64,000 nt of DNA from Pseudomonadota bacterium (GCA_026390445.1 JAPLFX010000030.1:2999-66998), one strand, 5' to 3'; positions 9,307 through 22,000 are shown, counted from the first letter of the stretch. Notes: generated by a model from the sequence alone, not told the origin. Numbers and translations: made by a program.

Positions 9307-9392
9307 GGAGGGTTGCCCGAGCGGCCAATGGGGGCGGGCTGTAAACCCGTTGACTTACGTCTTCGAAGGTTCGAATCCTTCACCCTCCACCA
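9307..9392 (+). tRNA. tRNA-Tyr (anticodon GUA)
   Basis: Acceptor GGAGGGT/ACCCTCC, anticodon loop CTGTAAA, long variable arm typical of bacterial tRNA-Tyr, T loop TTCGAAT, encoded CCA. Confidence 0.92.
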
Positions 9393-9514
9393 TGTTCCGT
9401 CGCAAGCGGAAGGTCCATAGTCGAACTTAGAGGTTGGAATCGGAAGAAAAAGTCGGCCGCAACCAATTTCTAATTTCAAATCCTAGCCAATAGGCTAGTA
9501 TCCGGCGGTGTAGG

Positions 9515-9591
9515 GCGGGAATAGCTCAGTTGGCTAGAGCATTAGCCTTCCAAGCTAAGGGTCGCGGGTTCGAATCCCGTTTCCCGCTCCA
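9515..9591 (+). tRNA. tRNA-Gly (anticodon UCC)
   Basis: Acceptor GCGGGAA/TTCCCGC, D arm TAGCTCAGTTGGCTAGAGC, anticodon stem TTAGC/GCTAA with loop CTTCCAA, T loop TTCGAAT, encoded CCA. Confidence 0.92.
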
Positions 9592-9649
9592 AAAGTAGCT
9601 TTTTCGGTGTCTGTTTCTTAGTTTAAAGTGTTACCTCATTTAGTGATAC

Positions 9650-9724
9650 GCCCAGGTGGCTCAGGGGTAGAGCACGTCCTTGGTAAGGACGGGGTCGTGG
9701 GTTCAATTCCCATCCTGGGCTCCA
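9650..9724 (+). tRNA. tRNA-Thr (anticodon GGU)
   Basis: Acceptor GCCCAGG/CCTGGGC, anticodon stem CGTCC/GGACG with loop TTGGTAA, T loop TTCAATT, encoded CCA. The order Thr-Tyr-Gly-Thr-tuf mirrors E. coli thrU-tyrU-glyT-thrT-tufB. Confidence 0.92.
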
Positions 9725-9809
9725 TTCATCGAAAATGATCCGTTGACTTCGGACTCATAATAATCAAAAGACAAGTTTCGCGGCGCGTCAGCCATAGCGG
9801 GAGGAAGAG

Positions 9810-11003
9810 ATGGCTAAGGAAAAGTTCCAACGGAAGAAACCCCATGTCAACATCGGTACCATCGGTCACGTCGACCACGGTAAAACGACTTTGACAGCGG
9901 CTATCACCAAGATCATGTCGTTGAAGTACGGCGGTGCTTTTACACCGTTCGATCAGATCGACAAGGCTCCTGAAGAGAAGGCCCGCGGTATCACCATTTC
10001 CACGGCTCACGTTGAGTACGAATCGGCCGAGCGTCACTACGCTCACGTCGACTGCCCTGGACATGCTGACTACGTTAAAAACATGATCACCGGTGCGGCC
10101 CAGATGGACGGCGCCATCCTCGTGGTGAGCGCGGCCGACGGCCCGATGCCTCAGACTCGTGAGCACATCCTCTTGTCGCGCCAGGTCGGCGTGCCGAAGA
10201 TCGTTGTGTTCATGAACAAAGTCGACATGGTCGATGACCCTGAGCTGCTTGAGTTGGTCGAGATGGAAGTTCGTGAACTTCTCAACCAATACAAATTCCC
10301 AGGCGACGACACGCCAATCGTTCAAGGCTCGGCCTTGAAGGCTCTGGAAGCAACCGTTGCGACCGATCCATGGGCCGAAAAGATCATTGCACTGATCGCT
10401 GCTGTCGATAAGTGGATCCCGCTTCCTGAGCGCCCCATCGACCTGCCATTCCTGATGCCTATTGAAGACGTGTTCTCGATCTCTGGTCGCGGTACCGTCG
10501 TCACCGGCCGTATTGAGCGCGGCGTCTGCAAGGTTAACGAAGAGCTTGAAATCGTCGGTATCCGCGATACGACCAAGACGGTCTGTACCGGTGTCGAGAT
10601 GTTCCGCAAGATCCTCGACCAGGGCCAAGCTGGCGATAACGTTGGTGTCTTGCTCCGCGGTACGAAACGCGAAGAAGTCGAGCGTGGCCAAGTCTTGTCG
10701 AAGCCAGGCACCATCAAGCCACACAAGAAGTTCAAAGCTTCGGTGTACATCTTGACCAAGGAAGAGGGTGGTCGTCACACGCCATTCTTCAAGAACTATC
10801 GCCCGCAGTTTTACTTCCGCACCACGGATGTGACTGGGACGATCACTTTGCCAGCCAGCGTCGAGATGGTCATGCCAGGCGACAACGTCAACATCGACGT
10901 CGAGCTGCTTACCCCGATCGCTATGGACAAAGAGCTGCGCTTCGCAATTCGCGAAGGTGGCCGTACGGTTGGCGCCGGTGTCGTTGCTGAGATTACTGAG
11001 TAA
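9810..11003 (+). CDS. tuf: translation elongation factor Tu
   Basis: 397 aa. [18 protein letters not shown] and NKVD G-motifs, full-length EF-Tu pattern. RBS gggagga upstream. Confidence 0.99.
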   Translation: MAKEKFQRKKPHVNIGTIGHVDHGKTTLTAAITKIMSLKYGGAFTPFDQIDKAPEEKARGITISTAHVEYESAERHYAHVDCPGHADYVKNMITGAAQMDGAILVVSAADGPMPQTREHILLSRQVGVPKIVVFMNKVDMVDDPELLELVEMEVRELLNQYKFPGDDTPIVQGSALKALEATVATDPWAEKIIALIAAVDKWIPLPERPIDLPFLMPIEDVFSISGRGTVVTGRIERGVCKVNEELEIVGIRDTTKTVCTGVEMFRKILDQGQAGDNVGVLLRGTKREEVERGQVLSKPGTIKPHKKFKASVYILTKEEGGRHTPFFKNYRPQFYFRTTDVTGTITLPASVEMVMPGDNVNIDVELLTPIAMDKELRFAIREGGRTVGAGVVAEITE

Positions 11004-11011
11004 TAGACTTA

Positions 11012-11050
11012 GGTGCTGAGGCTTAGCCGCCTCGGCGCCTGGTTTTCTTT
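11012..11050 (+). terminator. putative intrinsic terminator/attenuator after tuf
   Basis: 11-bp stem GGTGCTGAGGC / GCCTCGGCGCC (two G-U pairs), 6-nt loop, followed by TGGTTTTCTTT. It lies between the tuf stop and tRNA-Trp. Confidence 0.55.
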
Positions 11051-11060
11051 GATCGTGTTT

Positions 11061-11136
11061 AGGCGAGTAGCTCCAACGGTAGAGCGGCGGATTCCAAATC
11101 CGCATGTTGTGGGTTCGAATCCCTCCTCGCCTGCCA
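11061..11136 (+). tRNA. tRNA-Trp (anticodon CCA)
   Basis: Acceptor AGGCGAG/CTCGCCT, anticodon stem GCGGA/TCCGC with loop TTCCAAA, T loop TTCGAAT, discriminator G, encoded CCA. One U-U mismatch in the T stem. Confidence 0.9.
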
Positions 11137-11167
11137 CCCATATTTCACCTAGCAAAGGACCGCTCTG

Positions 11168-11545
11168 ATGTCGAAAGACGATGCCACCTGGTTGAATGTG
11201 GCCTATGTCGTATTTCTACTGGTCACGGCTTTTGTCGCCTACCGGGCGCTGGAGATGGTGGGCATCCAAACCGGATGGATCGAGCGGTTCGAGTGGTTTA
11301 ACTATGCCGCGACCGGGTTGAGTGCTGCGGTTGGTCTCGGGGTGACCCTGGGGTTGCGTAGCAGCGCCGAGCGCAACGAGTACTTTCTGTCCTCGATCAC
11401 CGAGTTGAGGAAGGTTAGCTGGCCAACCTGGCCAGATACCAAGCGGATGACTATTGTGGTGTGTGTGGTGGTTGGAATCTTTGCGGTGATCGTAGGGATA
11501 TTTGACCTCGTCTGGGCGAAGGCTTTAAGGTTACTCATCGCCTAA
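11168..11545 (+). CDS. secE: preprotein translocase subunit SecE
   Basis: 125-aa ORF in the conserved position between tRNA-Trp and nusG. Three hydrophobic helices, and a C-terminal KVSWPTWPDTKRMTIVVCVVVGIFAVIVGIFD typical of the conserved SecE helix. Confidence 0.85.
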   Translation: MSKDDATWLNVAYVVFLLVTAFVAYRALEMVGIQTGWIERFEWFNYAATGLSAAVGLGVTLGLRSSAERNEYFLSSITELRKVSWPTWPDTKRMTIVVCVVVGIFAVIVGIFDLVWAKALRLLIA

Positions 11546-11567
11546 AGTGTGTAAAAGGGATGTGGTT

Positions 11568-12176
11568 ATGTCAGAAGAAGCCGTCGAAACATCAGGGCAT
11601 CAGGAAGCGCTACCCGCTGGAGCTGGGAAGAATCCCAAGTTTCGTTGGTTTGTCGTTCACACTTACTCCATGTTCGAGGAGAAGGCGAAGTCGACTCTGC
11701 TCGATCGCATCAAGCTGAACAAGATGGAAGATAAGTTCGGCGAGATTGTCGTGCCCAAGACCTCGCACGAGATGACCCTGAAGAGCGGCAAGAAGAAGAA
11801 GGTCGATCGCAACGCCTTTCCAGGTTACATCATCGTTGAGATGGAGATGACCGAGGAGACCAACCACGTTGTGCGCGATACGCCTAAAATCACAGGATTT
11901 GTTGGCAATGCCCGCAACCCACGGCCGATTACCGATCAAGAGGTCCTGCGGCTGACCTCGCCGGAGTCGATCAAAGAGCAGACCAAGCAGCAGTCTGCCA
12001 CTCAGTCGTTTGAAAAAGGCGAGACGGTTAAGGTCATCGATGGTGCATTCACCAACTTCGATGGCGTCGTGGAAGCGGTTCAAGCTGAAAAAATGAAGTT
12101 GCGCATCTTGGTTAGTATCTTCGGGCGCGAGACTCCCGTCGAGTTAGACTATGGTCAGGTGCAAAAGCTGACTTAA
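11568..12176 (+). CDS. nusG: transcription termination/antitermination factor NusG
   Basis: I chose ATG 11568 (MSEEAV...), preceded by aaaaggga, over the GTG at 11547 given in the ORF track. NGN motif WFVVHTYSMFEEKA and KOW segment GETVKVIDGAFTNFDGVVEAV. Confidence 0.93.
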   Translation: MSEEAVETSGHQEALPAGAGKNPKFRWFVVHTYSMFEEKAKSTLLDRIKLNKMEDKFGEIVVPKTSHEMTLKSGKKKKVDRNAFPGYIIVEMEMTEETNHVVRDTPKITGFVGNARNPRPITDQEVLRLTSPESIKEQTKQQSATQSFEKGETVKVIDGAFTNFDGVVEAVQAEKMKLRILVSIFGRETPVELDYGQVQKLT

Positions 12177-12200
12177 TAGTGACTGTCAGGTGATTATCGC

Positions 12201-12229
12201 TTGACAACTTATGGTCCCTGCCGTAAAAC
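12201..12229 (+). promoter_or_regulatory. putative sigma70-type promoter for rplK-rplA
   Basis: TTGACA (12201-12206), 17-nt spacer, TAAAAC (12224-12229), 58 nt upstream of the rplK GTG. Hexamer match only. Confidence 0.4.
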
Positions 12230-12286
12230 GCGAGACTCTTGTTTTCTAAGGGTTTTCCGGCATCAGTCTTGGTTAAGGAGTTGAAG

Positions 12287-12712
12287 GTGGCGAAGAAGAT
12301 TACGGGCTACATCAAGCTGCAGATTCCTGCCGGCAAAGCCAATCCGGCGCCGCCAGTTGGTCCGGCTCTTGGTCAGCGCGGCGTTAATATCATGGCGTTC
12401 ACGAAAGAGTTCAACGCCCGTACCCAAAAGCAGATCGGTTCGATCTTGCCTACGGTCATCACGGTCTATGCTGATAAGTCCTTTTCGTTCATCACGAAAA
12501 GTCCTCCCGCATCGGATCTACTGAAGAAGGCTGCGAAGGTCGAGAAGGGCTCGCAGACTCCTAGCAAAGCTGTTGCAGGTAGCGTGTCTTTGGCGCAGAT
12601 CAAAGAGATCGCTGGCATCAAAATGAAAGATCTCAACTGCTATGATGAAGCTGCAGCTGTGAAGATCATATCGGGCTCTGCCCGCAGTATGGGACTACAG
12701 GTTCAGGATTAA
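12287..12712 (+). CDS. rplK: 50S ribosomal protein L11
   Basis: GTG start at 12287 after aaggag gives [36 protein letters not shown], the canonical L11 N-terminus. The ORF-track start at 12239 adds 16 non-conserved residues. Confidence 0.95.
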   Translation: MAKKITGYIKLQIPAGKANPAPPVGPALGQRGVNIMAFTKEFNARTQKQIGSILPTVITVYADKSFSFITKSPPASDLLKKAAKVEKGSQTPSKAVAGSVSLAQIKEIAGIKMKDLNCYDEAAAVKIISGSARSMGLQVQD

Positions 12713-12770
12713 TCAACATAGTAGGAGAACCCGTCCTCGAGGCGGTTCGCTTGAACTACGGAGAATCTAG

Positions 12771-13466
12771 ATGGCTACACACGGTAAGAAGTACCGCGCG
12801 GCCTCCGCGCAGGTCGATGCAGTTAAACAATATCCGCTCCTCGATGCAGTCGAATTGGTCAAGAAGACCACGTTTTGCAAATTCGACGCTACCGTAGAGT
12901 TGGTGGTCAGCCTCGGTGTTGACCCCCGTCAAGCGGATCAAAACGTCCGCGGCGCGACCGCCCTGCCACACGGCTTGGGCAAGAGCGTCCGTATCGTCGT
13001 CTTCGCCAAAGGCGATAAAGCGGCCCAGGCCAATGTCGAGAGCGTCGTTGAAGTCGGTGGCGATGAGCTTGCGGCGAAGATCCTTGGCGGCTGGCTGGAG
13101 TTCGATCAAGTGGTCGCAACCCCTGACATGATGGGCGTAGTTGGTAAGCTCGGTAAGGTGCTTGGTCCTCGCGGCCTCATGCCTAACCCAAAGCTTGGTA
13201 CCGTGACCTTTGACGTCCTCAAGGCGATCAACGAGCTGAAAGCAGGTCGTACCGAGTACCGTGTTGACAAGGCTGGTATCGTGCACTGCCCAGTGGGTAA
13301 AGTGAGTTTCGATGCGGCTAAATTGGCAGACAATGCCACTGCCGTTATTGAGGCCTTGTTGAAGGCGAAGCCAACGACTGCTAAGGGCACGTACCTTCAG
13401 AAGATCGGTGTGTCGTCGACCATGAGCCCGGGCGTCAAAGTCGATCCAGTGCCGTTCCGCGTCTAA
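12771..13466 (+). CDS. rplA: 50S ribosomal protein L1
   Basis: 231 aa, canonical L1 pattern ([21 protein letters not shown]..., [10 protein letters not shown]). RBS ggaga. Confidence 0.97.
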   Translation: MATHGKKYRAASAQVDAVKQYPLLDAVELVKKTTFCKFDATVELVVSLGVDPRQADQNVRGATALPHGLGKSVRIVVFAKGDKAAQANVESVVEVGGDELAAKILGGWLEFDQVVATPDMMGVVGKLGKVLGPRGLMPNPKLGTVTFDVLKAINELKAGRTEYRVDKAGIVHCPVGKVSFDAAKLADNATAVIEALLKAKPTTAKGTYLQKIGVSSTMSPGVKVDPVPFRV

Positions 13467-13503
13467 CTAGTTCGCTTTCTAGGTAAGTTAAGGGGATAAC
13501 GCC

Positions 13504-14034
13504 ATGGCAATGACCAAAGCCCGAAAGCACGAGCTCAAGGGTGAAATCGCGGATCGTCTGCAGCAGGCCAATGCGGCTATGGTTGCGGAATACCGCGGCC
13601 TAACGGTCGCACAGCTCACCGAGCTTCGGGTCAAGCTGCGCGAATCAAAGTCAGAATTTCGGATCATCAAGAACCGTGTTGCGAAGGTCGCGATTCGGGA
13701 AAGCGTCGAGCACGTCTCGGCGATCTCCAGTGCCCTGAAGGGCCCAGTCGGCTTAGTCATCGTTTACGGTGATGCTGCGGCTGCCGCCAAGTCGGTTCTT
13801 GAATTCGGCAAAGACAAAGAGAACTTTAAGCTGACGGCTGGGGTATTGGCTGGCAAGGCCGTATCTGCGGATGAGCTGAAGAGGATCTCCGAGCTGCCGA
13901 CGATGGATGTGTTGTTGGCTCGCTTAGTGGGGACGCTCGTGGCGCCGCATCGTGGCCTGTTGACTGTGTTGAGTGGTGTGCCTAGGCAGTTGGTACAGGT
14001 TATCAACGCCATCAAAGATAAAAAAGAGCAATAA
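13504..14034 (+). CDS. rplJ: 50S ribosomal protein L10
   Basis: 176 aa in conserved position. VAEYRGLTVAQLTELR motif. Confidence 0.95.
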   Translation: MAMTKARKHELKGEIADRLQQANAAMVAEYRGLTVAQLTELRVKLRESKSEFRIIKNRVAKVAIRESVEHVSAISSALKGPVGLVIVYGDAAAAAKSVLEFGKDKENFKLTAGVLAGKAVSADELKRISELPTMDVLLARLVGTLVAPHRGLLTVLSGVPRQLVQVINAIKDKKEQ

Positions 14035-14094
14035 AGCTATCATTTTATACCGCTTTGGGTCGTTTTGAGCCCGAAGGTTGAGGAGGATTACGGT

Positions 14095-14475
14095 ATGTCG
14101 AGCGTCACTAAAGAACAGGTTGTCACTTTTCTGGAAAATCTGACCCTGCTGGAAGCTGCAGATCTAGTTAAAGAACTAGAGACGAAATTCGGCGTCAGCG
14201 CTGCTGCTCCCGTTGCAATGGTTGCTGCTCCCGCCGGTGGCGCTGCTGCCGCTGTGGAAGAGCAAACTGAGTTTACGGTGATCTTGGCCGTCGCTGGCGA
14301 CAAGAAGATCAACGTGATTAAGGAAATCCGGACGATCACCGGTCTTGGCCTGAAAGAAGCTAAAGACCTCGTCGAAGGCGCGCCAAAGACCGTGAAGGAA
14401 GGCGTGACCAAAGACGAAGCTGCTAAAATCAAGAAAGCTCTTGAAGAAGCGGGCGCAAAGGTTGAACTCAAGTAA
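14095..14475 (+). CDS. rplL: 50S ribosomal protein L7/L12
   Basis: ATG 14095 after GAGGAGG gives [34 protein letters not shown]..., an Ala-rich hinge, and C-terminal [40 protein letters not shown]. Confidence 0.96.
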   Translation: MSSVTKEQVVTFLENLTLLEAADLVKELETKFGVSAAAPVAMVAAPAGGAAAAVEEQTEFTVILAVAGDKKINVIKEIRTITGLGLKEAKDLVEGAPKTVKEGVTKDEAAKIKKALEEAGAKVELK

Positions 14476-14834
14476 TTTGAGTTCGTTTTGAGTGTCCCGG
14501 CTTTGAACTTTCGGCAGACTCAGTGGATGATTCCTGTTGTGGTGGATGATAAGGGCTCTAGCTGCAGGCAGCTCCTGTGGCCAGAGCTCTTTTAACCTCC
14601 ATTTCGGACTTACTTAATCTTTTGTCATGTGATAACTGCATGATTGGGTAAGATGATCTCCTGGATCCGCAAGCATTTGATGAGATCTGATATTGTCTAT
14701 TGACAATAGTGCAGGCTATCGAAATGATGGGCCGGTTCACGATAGTTTATGGTGCGATCTGGTGTAAAGCGAACCCTGTTCCTTTTCTGGGGCAGGGTGT
14801 CTTTGCCACCTTCACGGATCTTTAGGAGAGCCCT

Positions 14835-17800
14835 ATGACCTCCCTGGCAGCATCCTTCACGCGGCCACGGAAGAATTTTGCTAAAATTCCTCCAGCCGTC
14901 GAAATCCCTTACCTCATCGAAGTCCAGCGCAACAGCTACGAGCAGTTTCTGCAAATGGCTTCGGACCCCGACAAACGCAAGAACATCGGCCTTGAAGGCG
15001 TGTTCCGGTCGGTCTTTCCGATTCAGGATTTCCAGGAGACCGCCTCGGTAGAGTTTGTCAGCTACGCCTTCGAAGAGCCGAAGTACACCGTCGACGAATG
15101 TCGGCAGCGTGGTATGAGCTTTGCTGCGCCGCTCAAAGTGGTCATCCGACTCGTCGTGTGGGACGTCGATAAAGAATCGGCCGTTAAGACGATTCGCGAC
15201 GTGAAGGAGCAGGAGGTCTACTTCGGCGAGATTCCGCTGATGACAGACTCTGGGACCTTTATCATCAACGGTACCGAGCGAGTTGTAGTGTCGCAGCTGC
15301 ATCGTTCGGCCGGGGTCTTTTTTGACCACGATAAGGGCCGCAACAGCGCCACCGGTAAGCTTTTGTATACCGCGCGGATTATCCCGTATCGCGGTAGCTG
15401 GATGGACTTCGAGTTCGACTCGAAGGATATCCTCTATGTCCGTATCGACCGCCGCCGCAAGCTCCATGCGACCGTGCTGTTGAAGGCTCTGGGCTTTTCC
15501 GAGGCACAGCTGCTTGACTACTTCTATGAGAAAGAAAAGATTCGCGTCCGCGATGGCAAGTTCGAGAAGAAACTGAACTTTGAGCTGCTTCGTGGCCAGC
15601 GCGCCTCGGCCGACATCCTCGACCCCGAGAGCGGCAAGGTCTATGTCAAAAAGAACCGTCGTATCTCGCAGGGCGCGATCCGCCAGATGCAGACCGCCGG
15701 TCTCGAATACCAGCAGCTGTCCTCCGACGACATGGTCGGCAAGGTCCTGGCCGGCGACGTCAAGGACCGTGATGGCAACATCATCATCCCGTTGAACGCT
15801 GACCTCGACAAAGCCCTCATCAAAGAGATCGTCAGCCGCGGTGTCGAAGAGCTCGACATCTTGTTCATGGACCAAGTGAATGCCGATGCCTCGTTTCGGA
15901 ACACCTTGGTCAGCGACAAGATCACCAGTCAGGACGAGGCGATCCTTGAGATCTACAAACGCTTGCGTCCGGGTGATCCACCAACGATCGAGCCTGCCAA
16001 GGCCTTGTTCGACAACTTGTTCTTCAATCCCGATCGCTATGACCTGAGCACGGTCGGCCGCTTGAAGCTAAACGAACGCCTCAGCCTGGATCTGCCGCTT
16101 GAGCAGCGCACCCTGACCAAGGATGATATCCTTAAAACGGTCGGCTACCTGCTTAAGTTGAAGAACGGCAACGGCGAGATCGATGACATCGATCACTTGG
16201 GCAACCGCCGCGTACGGGCTGTTGGCGAGCTGTTGGAAAACCAATACCGCATTGGCCTACTTCGCATCGAGCGGGCGATCCGTGAGCGGCTGCAGCTGCA
16301 GGACGTCGACACGCTGCTTCCCCATGATTTTATCAACAACAAGCCAGCTTCTGCGGTGGTTAAGGAGTTCTTTGGCTCCTCCCAGCTGAGCCAGTTCATG
16401 GACCAGACAAACCCATTGTCTGAAGTCACGCACAAGCGCCGCCTGTCGGCCCTTGGACCCGGCGGTCTGTCGCGCGAGCGTGCCGGATTTGAAGTACGGG
16501 ACGTTCACCCAACGCATTATGGTCGGATCTGTCCTGTTGAGACGCCTGAAGGTCCAAACATCGGCTTGATCTCGTCGCTTGCCTCGTATGCTCGGGTCAA
16601 TGAGTATGGCTTTATTGAGACCCCGTATCGGAGTCTTCGCGTCGAAGATGCGAAAAAGGCCGTCCGTTACTACTCGGCTTCCGAAGAGCATCGTGACCAT
16701 GTCATCGCCCAGTGTTCATTGCCGGATACCCACAAGCCAGACGACTTAGTCGGTGTGCGCCGGCAGGGTGAGAGCGAGATTGCGCGTTCGGAAGAGGCCG
16801 ACCTCATGGACGTCTCGACCAACCAGTTGGTGTCGGTCGCTGCGTCGCTGATTCCCTTCTTGCAGAATGACGATGCTAACAGGGCTCTAATGGGCTCGAA
16901 CATGCAACGTCAGGCTGTGCCACTGCTCAAGACACGCGCACCGCTCATCGGGACCGGACTTGAGCTGACGGTAGCCCGCGACTCCGGGGCTGCAGTTGTG
17001 GCGAAGCGCGACGGTACTGTGGTGTCTGTCGATGCCGATCGTATCGTCATCAAGACCAATGAAGATGATCCAGAAGCTCTGACCGAGGTCGGCGCCGACG
17101 TCGATATCTACAATCTGCAGAAGTACAAGCGCTCCAACTTGGATACTTGTATCAATCAGCGGCCGATCGTGACCAAAGGCGAAGTCGTGTCTCGTGGCGA
17201 CATTATCGCCGATGGCTTCGGCATCGAGATGGGTGAGCTGGCTCTGGGCCAAAACGTCGTCGTGGCGTTCATGCCCTGGAGTGGTTACAATTTTGAGGAT
17301 TCCATCCTCATCTCCGAGAAGGTCGTCAAGGACGACCAGTTTACCTCGATTCACATTCAAGAATTTGAGTGTATCTCGCGCGATACGAAGCTCGGCCAAG
17401 AAGAGATTACCAGCGACATTCCCAACGTCGGCGAGGAAGCCCTGCGCAACCTCGACGAGGCCGGCATCATCCGCATCGGTGCGGAAGTGCAGCCGAACGA
17501 CATCCTGGTCGGAAAGATCACGCCCAAGGGCGAGACGCAGCTGACTCCTGAAGAGAAGTTGCTGCGGGCTATTTTCGGTGAGAAGGCCGGTGACGTCCGC
17601 GATACTTCCCTGCGCGTGCCTCCAGGTGTCGTAGGGACCGTCATTGGTGCCAAGGTCTTTGCTCGTGCTGGTGCCGAGAAGGACATCCGGTCTCTGCAGA
17701 TTGAAGAGACCGACGTTCTGAAGCTACGCAAAGACGAAGGCGACAGGATCAATATCATCAAGGACTCTGCGGTCCGCAAAATGGCCAGGATTGCCATCGG

Positions 17801-18977
17801 TGACTCCGTTGCCGCAGATCTTCGGTCCAAAGATGGCGGCGAGATCGTTGCTAAAAAGGGTGCCGTACTCGATCACGAGTTTATGAACGCTCTTGATTAT
17901 GTCTACTGGGAGCAACTGAGCCTCAAGGATGCCGAGAAGAACACCTTGCTGCGTCAGGCCCTGGACAACCTTCGGGACAAGATCAATCTGATCAGGTTCA
18001 TGACGGAAGAGCAGATCAAAAAGATCAAGAAGGGGGATGAACTACCCCCTGGCGTGATCAAGATGGTCAAGGTCTACATCGCCATTAAGCGGAAGCTTCA
18101 GGTCGGCGATAAGATGGCGGGTCGTCACGGTAACAAAGGGGTTGTCTCGAGGATTCTACCCGAAGAAGACATGCCGTTCCTCGAAAGCGGTCGCCCCGTG
18201 GACGTGGTGCTTAACCCCTTGGGTGTTCCGTCGCGGATGAACATCGGTCAGATTCTTGAGACCCACTTGGGTTGGGCCGCCAAAGGCATTGGCGAACGCC
18301 TCAACGAAATGATTGCGACCAGCTTTGATCGCAAGTCGGTGGAAGAGTACGTCCTCAAGATCTGGGATGCCCCAGATGTGAAGGCCTTCGTTAAGTCGGC
18401 CAGCGACGATCAATTGAAGTCGTTTATCCGCAAGTATCGGGAAGGCGTGCATTTTGCCAACCCAGTGTTCGATGGCGCAAACGAAGGTGAAATCAAAAGC
18501 CACCTGCGTCTAGCCGGTCTCAGCGATGACGGCCAGGTTGATCTCTATGACGGCCGTACTGGCAGCAAGTTTGATAACCGGGTCACGGTCGGCGTCATGT
18601 ACGTGCTGAAGCTCCATCACTTGGTTGATGAGAAGATTCACGCTCGGTCGATTGGACCTTACTCTCTGGTCACCCAGCAACCTCTCGGTGGTAAGGCCCA
18701 GTTTGGTGGTCAGCGTTTGGGTGAGATGGAAGTTTGGGCGATGGAAGCATATGGTGCGGCGCATACGCTGCAGGAATTCCTGACGGTCAAGTCGGATGAC
18801 GTGCTTGGCAGGACCCGGATGTACGAGTCGATCGTCAAGGGTCAAAACGCGATGACGCCTGGCTTGCCAGAGAGCTTCAACGTGTTGGTGAAGGAGCTCC
18901 AGAGTTTGGGTCTCGACGTCAACCTGATCCGTGATGACGGGCAGGAAACTGGGCTCGATGGTCTCCAACAACAGTAG
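14835..18977 (+). CDS. rpoB: DNA-directed RNA polymerase subunit beta
   Basis: 1380 aa, unmistakable RpoB blocks ([62 protein letters not shown]). Confidence 0.99.
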   Translation: MTSLAASFTRPRKNFAKIPPAVEIPYLIEVQRNSYEQFLQMASDPDKRKNIGLEGVFRSVFPIQDFQETASVEFVSYAFEEPKYTVDECRQRGMSFAAPLKVVIRLVVWDVDKESAVKTIRDVKEQEVYFGEIPLMTDSGTFIINGTERVVVSQLHRSAGVFFDHDKGRNSATGKLLYTARIIPYRGSWMDFEFDSKDILYVRIDRRRKLHATVLLKALGFSEAQLLDYFYEKEKIRVRDGKFEKKLNFELLRGQRASADILDPESGKVYVKKNRRISQGAIRQMQTAGLEYQQLSSDDMVGKVLAGDVKDRDGNIIIPLNADLDKALIKEIVSRGVEELDILFMDQVNADASFRNTLVSDKITSQDEAILEIYKRLRPGDPPTIEPAKALFDNLFFNPDRYDLSTVGRLKLNERLSLDLPLEQRTLTKDDILKTVGYLLKLKNGNGEIDDIDHLGNRRVRAVGELLENQYRIGLLRIERAIRERLQLQDVDTLLPHDFINNKPASAVVKEFFGSSQLSQFMDQTNPLSEVTHKRRLSALGPGGLSRERAGFEVRDVHPTHYGRICPVETPEGPNIGLISSLASYARVNEYGFIETPYRSLRVEDAKKAVRYYSASEEHRDHVIAQCSLPDTHKPDDLVGVRRQGESEIARSEEADLMDVSTNQLVSVAASLIPFLQNDDANRALMGSNMQRQAVPLLKTRAPLIGTGLELTVARDSGAAVVAKRDGTVVSVDADRIVIKTNEDDPEALTEVGADVDIYNLQKYKRSNLDTCINQRPIVTKGEVVSRGDIIADGFGIEMGELALGQNVVVAFMPWSGYNFEDSILISEKVVKDDQFTSIHIQEFECISRDTKLGQEEITSDIPNVGEEALRNLDEAGIIRIGAEVQPNDILVGKITPKGETQLTPEEKLLRAIFGEKAGDVRDTSLRVPPGVVGTVIGAKVFARAGAEKDIRSLQIEETDVLKLRKDEGDRINIIKDSAVRKMARIAIGDSVAADLRSKDGGEIVAKKGAVLDHEFMNALDYVYWEQLSLKDAEKNTLLRQALDNLRDKINLIRFMTEEQIKKIKKGDELPPGVIKMVKVYIAIKRKLQVGDKMAGRHGNKGVVSRILPEEDMPFLESGRPVDVVLNPLGVPSRMNIGQILETHLGWAAKGIGERLNEMIATSFDRKSVEEYVLKIWDAPDVKAFVKSASDDQLKSFIRKYREGVHFANPVFDGANEGEIKSHLRLAGLSDDGQVDLYDGRTGSKFDNRVTVGVMYVLKLHHLVDEKIHARSIGPYSLVTQQPLGGKAQFGGQRLGEMEVWAMEAYGAAHTLQEFLTVKSDDVLGRTRMYESIVKGQNAMTPGLPESFNVLVKELQSLGLDVNLIRDDGQETGLDGLQQQ

Positions 18978-19021
18978 TCGGCACTTGTGCATTTTTTCCT
19001 CCATTCAAGAGGAGTCGTGAT

Positions 19022-22000
19022 TTGAAAGATTTACTGAACTTTTTCGATAAGCCCACTGACCCGTTAAGCTTCAACGCGATCAAGATCTCGTTGGCTTCTC
19101 CGGAGAAGATCCGTAGCTGGTCCTATGGCGAGGTGAAGAAGCCCGAGACCATCAACTACCGGACCTTTAAGCCGGAACGTGACGGCCTGTTCTGTGCCAA
19201 GATCTTTGGACCGGTGCGAGACTTCGAGTGTATTTGCGGTAAATACAAGCGGATGAAGCACCGCGGCATCGTTTGCGACAAGTGCGGTGTCGAAGTCATT
19301 CATTCCAAGGTGCGGCGCGAACGCCTCGGTCACATCAACTTGGCGACTCCAGTAGCACACATCTGGTTTCTTAAGTCCTTGCCGTCGCGGATTGGCGCGG
19401 TCTTGGATATCACGCTGAAGGATGTTGAGCGGATTCTCTACAGTGAATCCTACGTCGTTTTGGATGCCGGCAATGCCGACCAAACGAAGCTCAAACTCGC
19501 TGAAGTACTATCCGAGGAGGAGTACGATACGGCTCTTGCTGAGCATGGCAACGGTGCGTTCCGCGTCGGTGTTGGTGCTGAAGCTATCATGGAGCTGCTA
19601 TCCCAAGTGCGGGTTGAGGACTTGGCCGAAGACCTGCGTCGTGATCTTCGCGACGTCAAGGCCGAGGCGACGCGCAAGAAGTTGCAAAAGCGCCTCAAGG
19701 TTGTGGAAGCGTTCAACCAACAGGATGCTGGTGGCAACCTGATGGCAAAGCCGCAGTGGATGATGCTGTCGGTGATTCCGGTCTTGCCGCCGGATTTACG
19801 TCCTTTAGTGCCTCTTGATGGCGGTCGTTTTGCGACCTCTGACTTGAACGATCTGTATCGTCGCGTGATCAACCGGAATAACCGGCTGCTGCGCTTGATC
19901 GAATTAAATGCTCCTGAGATCATCATCCGCAACGAAAAGCGGATGCTGCAGGAGGCCGTCGATGCGCTATTTGATAACGGTCGTCGCGGCAAGGTGTTCA
20001 CTGGGCCGAACAAGCGTCCTCTGCGCTCCCTGTCCGATATGCTTAAAGGCAAGCAAGGTCGGTTCCGTCAGAACTTGCTCGGCAAGCGGGTCGATTACTC
20101 GGGCCGTTCCGTCATCGTCGTTGGTCCAGACCTAAAGCTGCACCAATGCGGCTTGCCGAAGAAGATGGCGATCGAGCTGTTTAAACCCTTCCTCTACAAC
20201 AAGTTGGAAGAGCACGGCATCGTTTCGACGATTAAAAGTGCGAAGAAGTTGGTGGAGAAGGAGCGTCCCGAGGTTTGGGATTCCCTTGAAGAAGTGACGA
20301 AAGAGCACCCAGTGTTGCTCAACCGCGCACCGACGCTTCACCGACTTGGTATTCAGGCGTTTGAGCCGGTGTTGATCGAAGGTAAGGCGATTCAGCTGCA
20401 TCCGTTGGTTTGCTTTGCCTTCAATGCGGACTTTGACGGTGACCAGATGGCTGTGCACATCCCACTCTCGGTGGAATCGCAGCTTGAAGCTCGGGTCTTG
20501 ATGATGTCCACCAACAACATCCTGTCGCCAGCTTCGGGTAACCCGGTGATTGTGCCGACGCAGGATATTGTCCTCGGCATTTATTATCTGACTCGTGAAG
20601 ACATCGGCGCCCATGGTGCTGGTAAAGTCTTCGGTTCGGTCGAGGAAGTTCGGGCCGCTTATGACCATGATGGCGTGGCGCTGCAGGCTCCAATCACCGT
20701 AAGGCTACGTGGATCGAGGGTTAAGACGACGGTTGGTCGGGCCTTGCTGTCGGAGATTCTGCCGGACGAAATTCCGTTCGACATGATCAACCGCTCGCTC
20801 GGTAAGAAGGAAATGGCCAAGTTGGTCAATGAAACCTTCCGCCGCTGCGGCCCTAAGAAGACCGTGTTGGTTGCTGACGCACTCCGCGCCACCGGCTACC
20901 GCTATTCGACCAAGGCTGGTCTGTCGATTTCGATCGGCGATATGGTCGTTCCGCAGATCAAGTATAAGCTGCTCGAGGAAGCCTACGAAGAGGTCAAAAA
21001 GATCAAGGAGCAATACTCCGAGGGCTTGTTGACCGAGGGTGAGCGCTATAACAAGGTCATCGATATTTGGGCGAAAGTGACGGAAAGCATTGCTTCGGAG
21101 ATGTTTAAGAACATCTCGACTATGCAACGCGCCGATCACCTCGGCAAAGAGCATCGGGTGGCGAGCAATAACTCGATTTACATGATGGCCGACTCCGGCG
21201 CTCGGGGATCTGCGCAGCAGATTCGCCAGCTCGCTGGTATGCGTGGATTGATGGCCAAGCCATCTGGTGAAATTATTGAGACGCCGATTACCTCGAACTT
21301 CCGTGAAGGGTTATCAGTCCTTGAATACTTTACGTCGACCCACGGTGCACGTAAAGGCTTAGCCGATACGGCTCTTAAGACGGCTTCTTCGGGATACCTG
21401 ACACGTCGTCTGGTGGACGTCGCCCAAGATGCGATCATCTCCGAGTACGACTGCGCAACCCAAGACGGCTTGATGTTGGTACCTTTGCGAGAAGGCAACG
21501 ACATCAAGGAGTCGCTCGGCAAGCGCTGCCTTGGCCGCGTGTTGCTTGAAGACGTCAAGCGTCCTGCCGATGGCAGCGTGTTGGTAAAAGTTGGCCAATT
21601 GATCGACGAGGCTTTGGCTGACTCGATCGATAAGGGCCTTGTTGAATCCGCCCGAGTGCGTTCGACCCTGACCTGCGAAAGCCGGGTTGGTGCATGCGCT
21701 AAATGCTACGGACGCGATTTGGCCACTGGTCACTTGGTGAACGTCGGTGAGGCGGTCGGTGTTATCGCCGCGCAGTCGATTGGGGAGCCTGGAACCCAGC
21801 TCACGATGCGTACGTTCCACTTTGGTGGTGCTGTTAGCCATACGGTTGAGACCAGCGCTCAGGCCAGCCGCTTCTCCGGGGTGGTTAAATTCGAGAGCCT
21901 ACGCACGGTGCACAACCGTGAGGGTGTGCTCGTGGTGCTGACTCGTACGGGCGAGATTCAAATCGTCGGTGACGATGGATTGGTCAAAGAGAAGTACCCG

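Noticed and set aside
9726-11141. 471-aa minus-strand ORF covering the whole of tuf and tRNA-Trp
   Set aside because: It is antisense to an unmistakable EF-Tu gene and overlaps a tRNA. The sequence is low-complexity and Arg/Asp/Val-rich, typical of shadow ORFs opposite highly expressed GC-rich genes. It has no recognisable motif.
14476-14834. 359-nt rplL-rpoB spacer searched for the attenuator/terminator known from E. coli and for an internal promoter
   Set aside because: I found only weak, interrupted hairpins (for example TGAGT...ACTCA around 14489-14526) with no U-tract. A TTGACA-17-AATGAT hexamer pair at 14700-14728 rests on a weak -10 element. This is too little support to annotate.
14697-15875. 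392-aa minus-strand ORF, plus many 60-200-aa ORFs on both strands inside rpoB and rpoC (14.8-23.2 kb)
   Set aside because: All lie within or antisense to rpoB/rpoC, whose frames are certain. They are shadow ORFs with no start-site signals or motifs.
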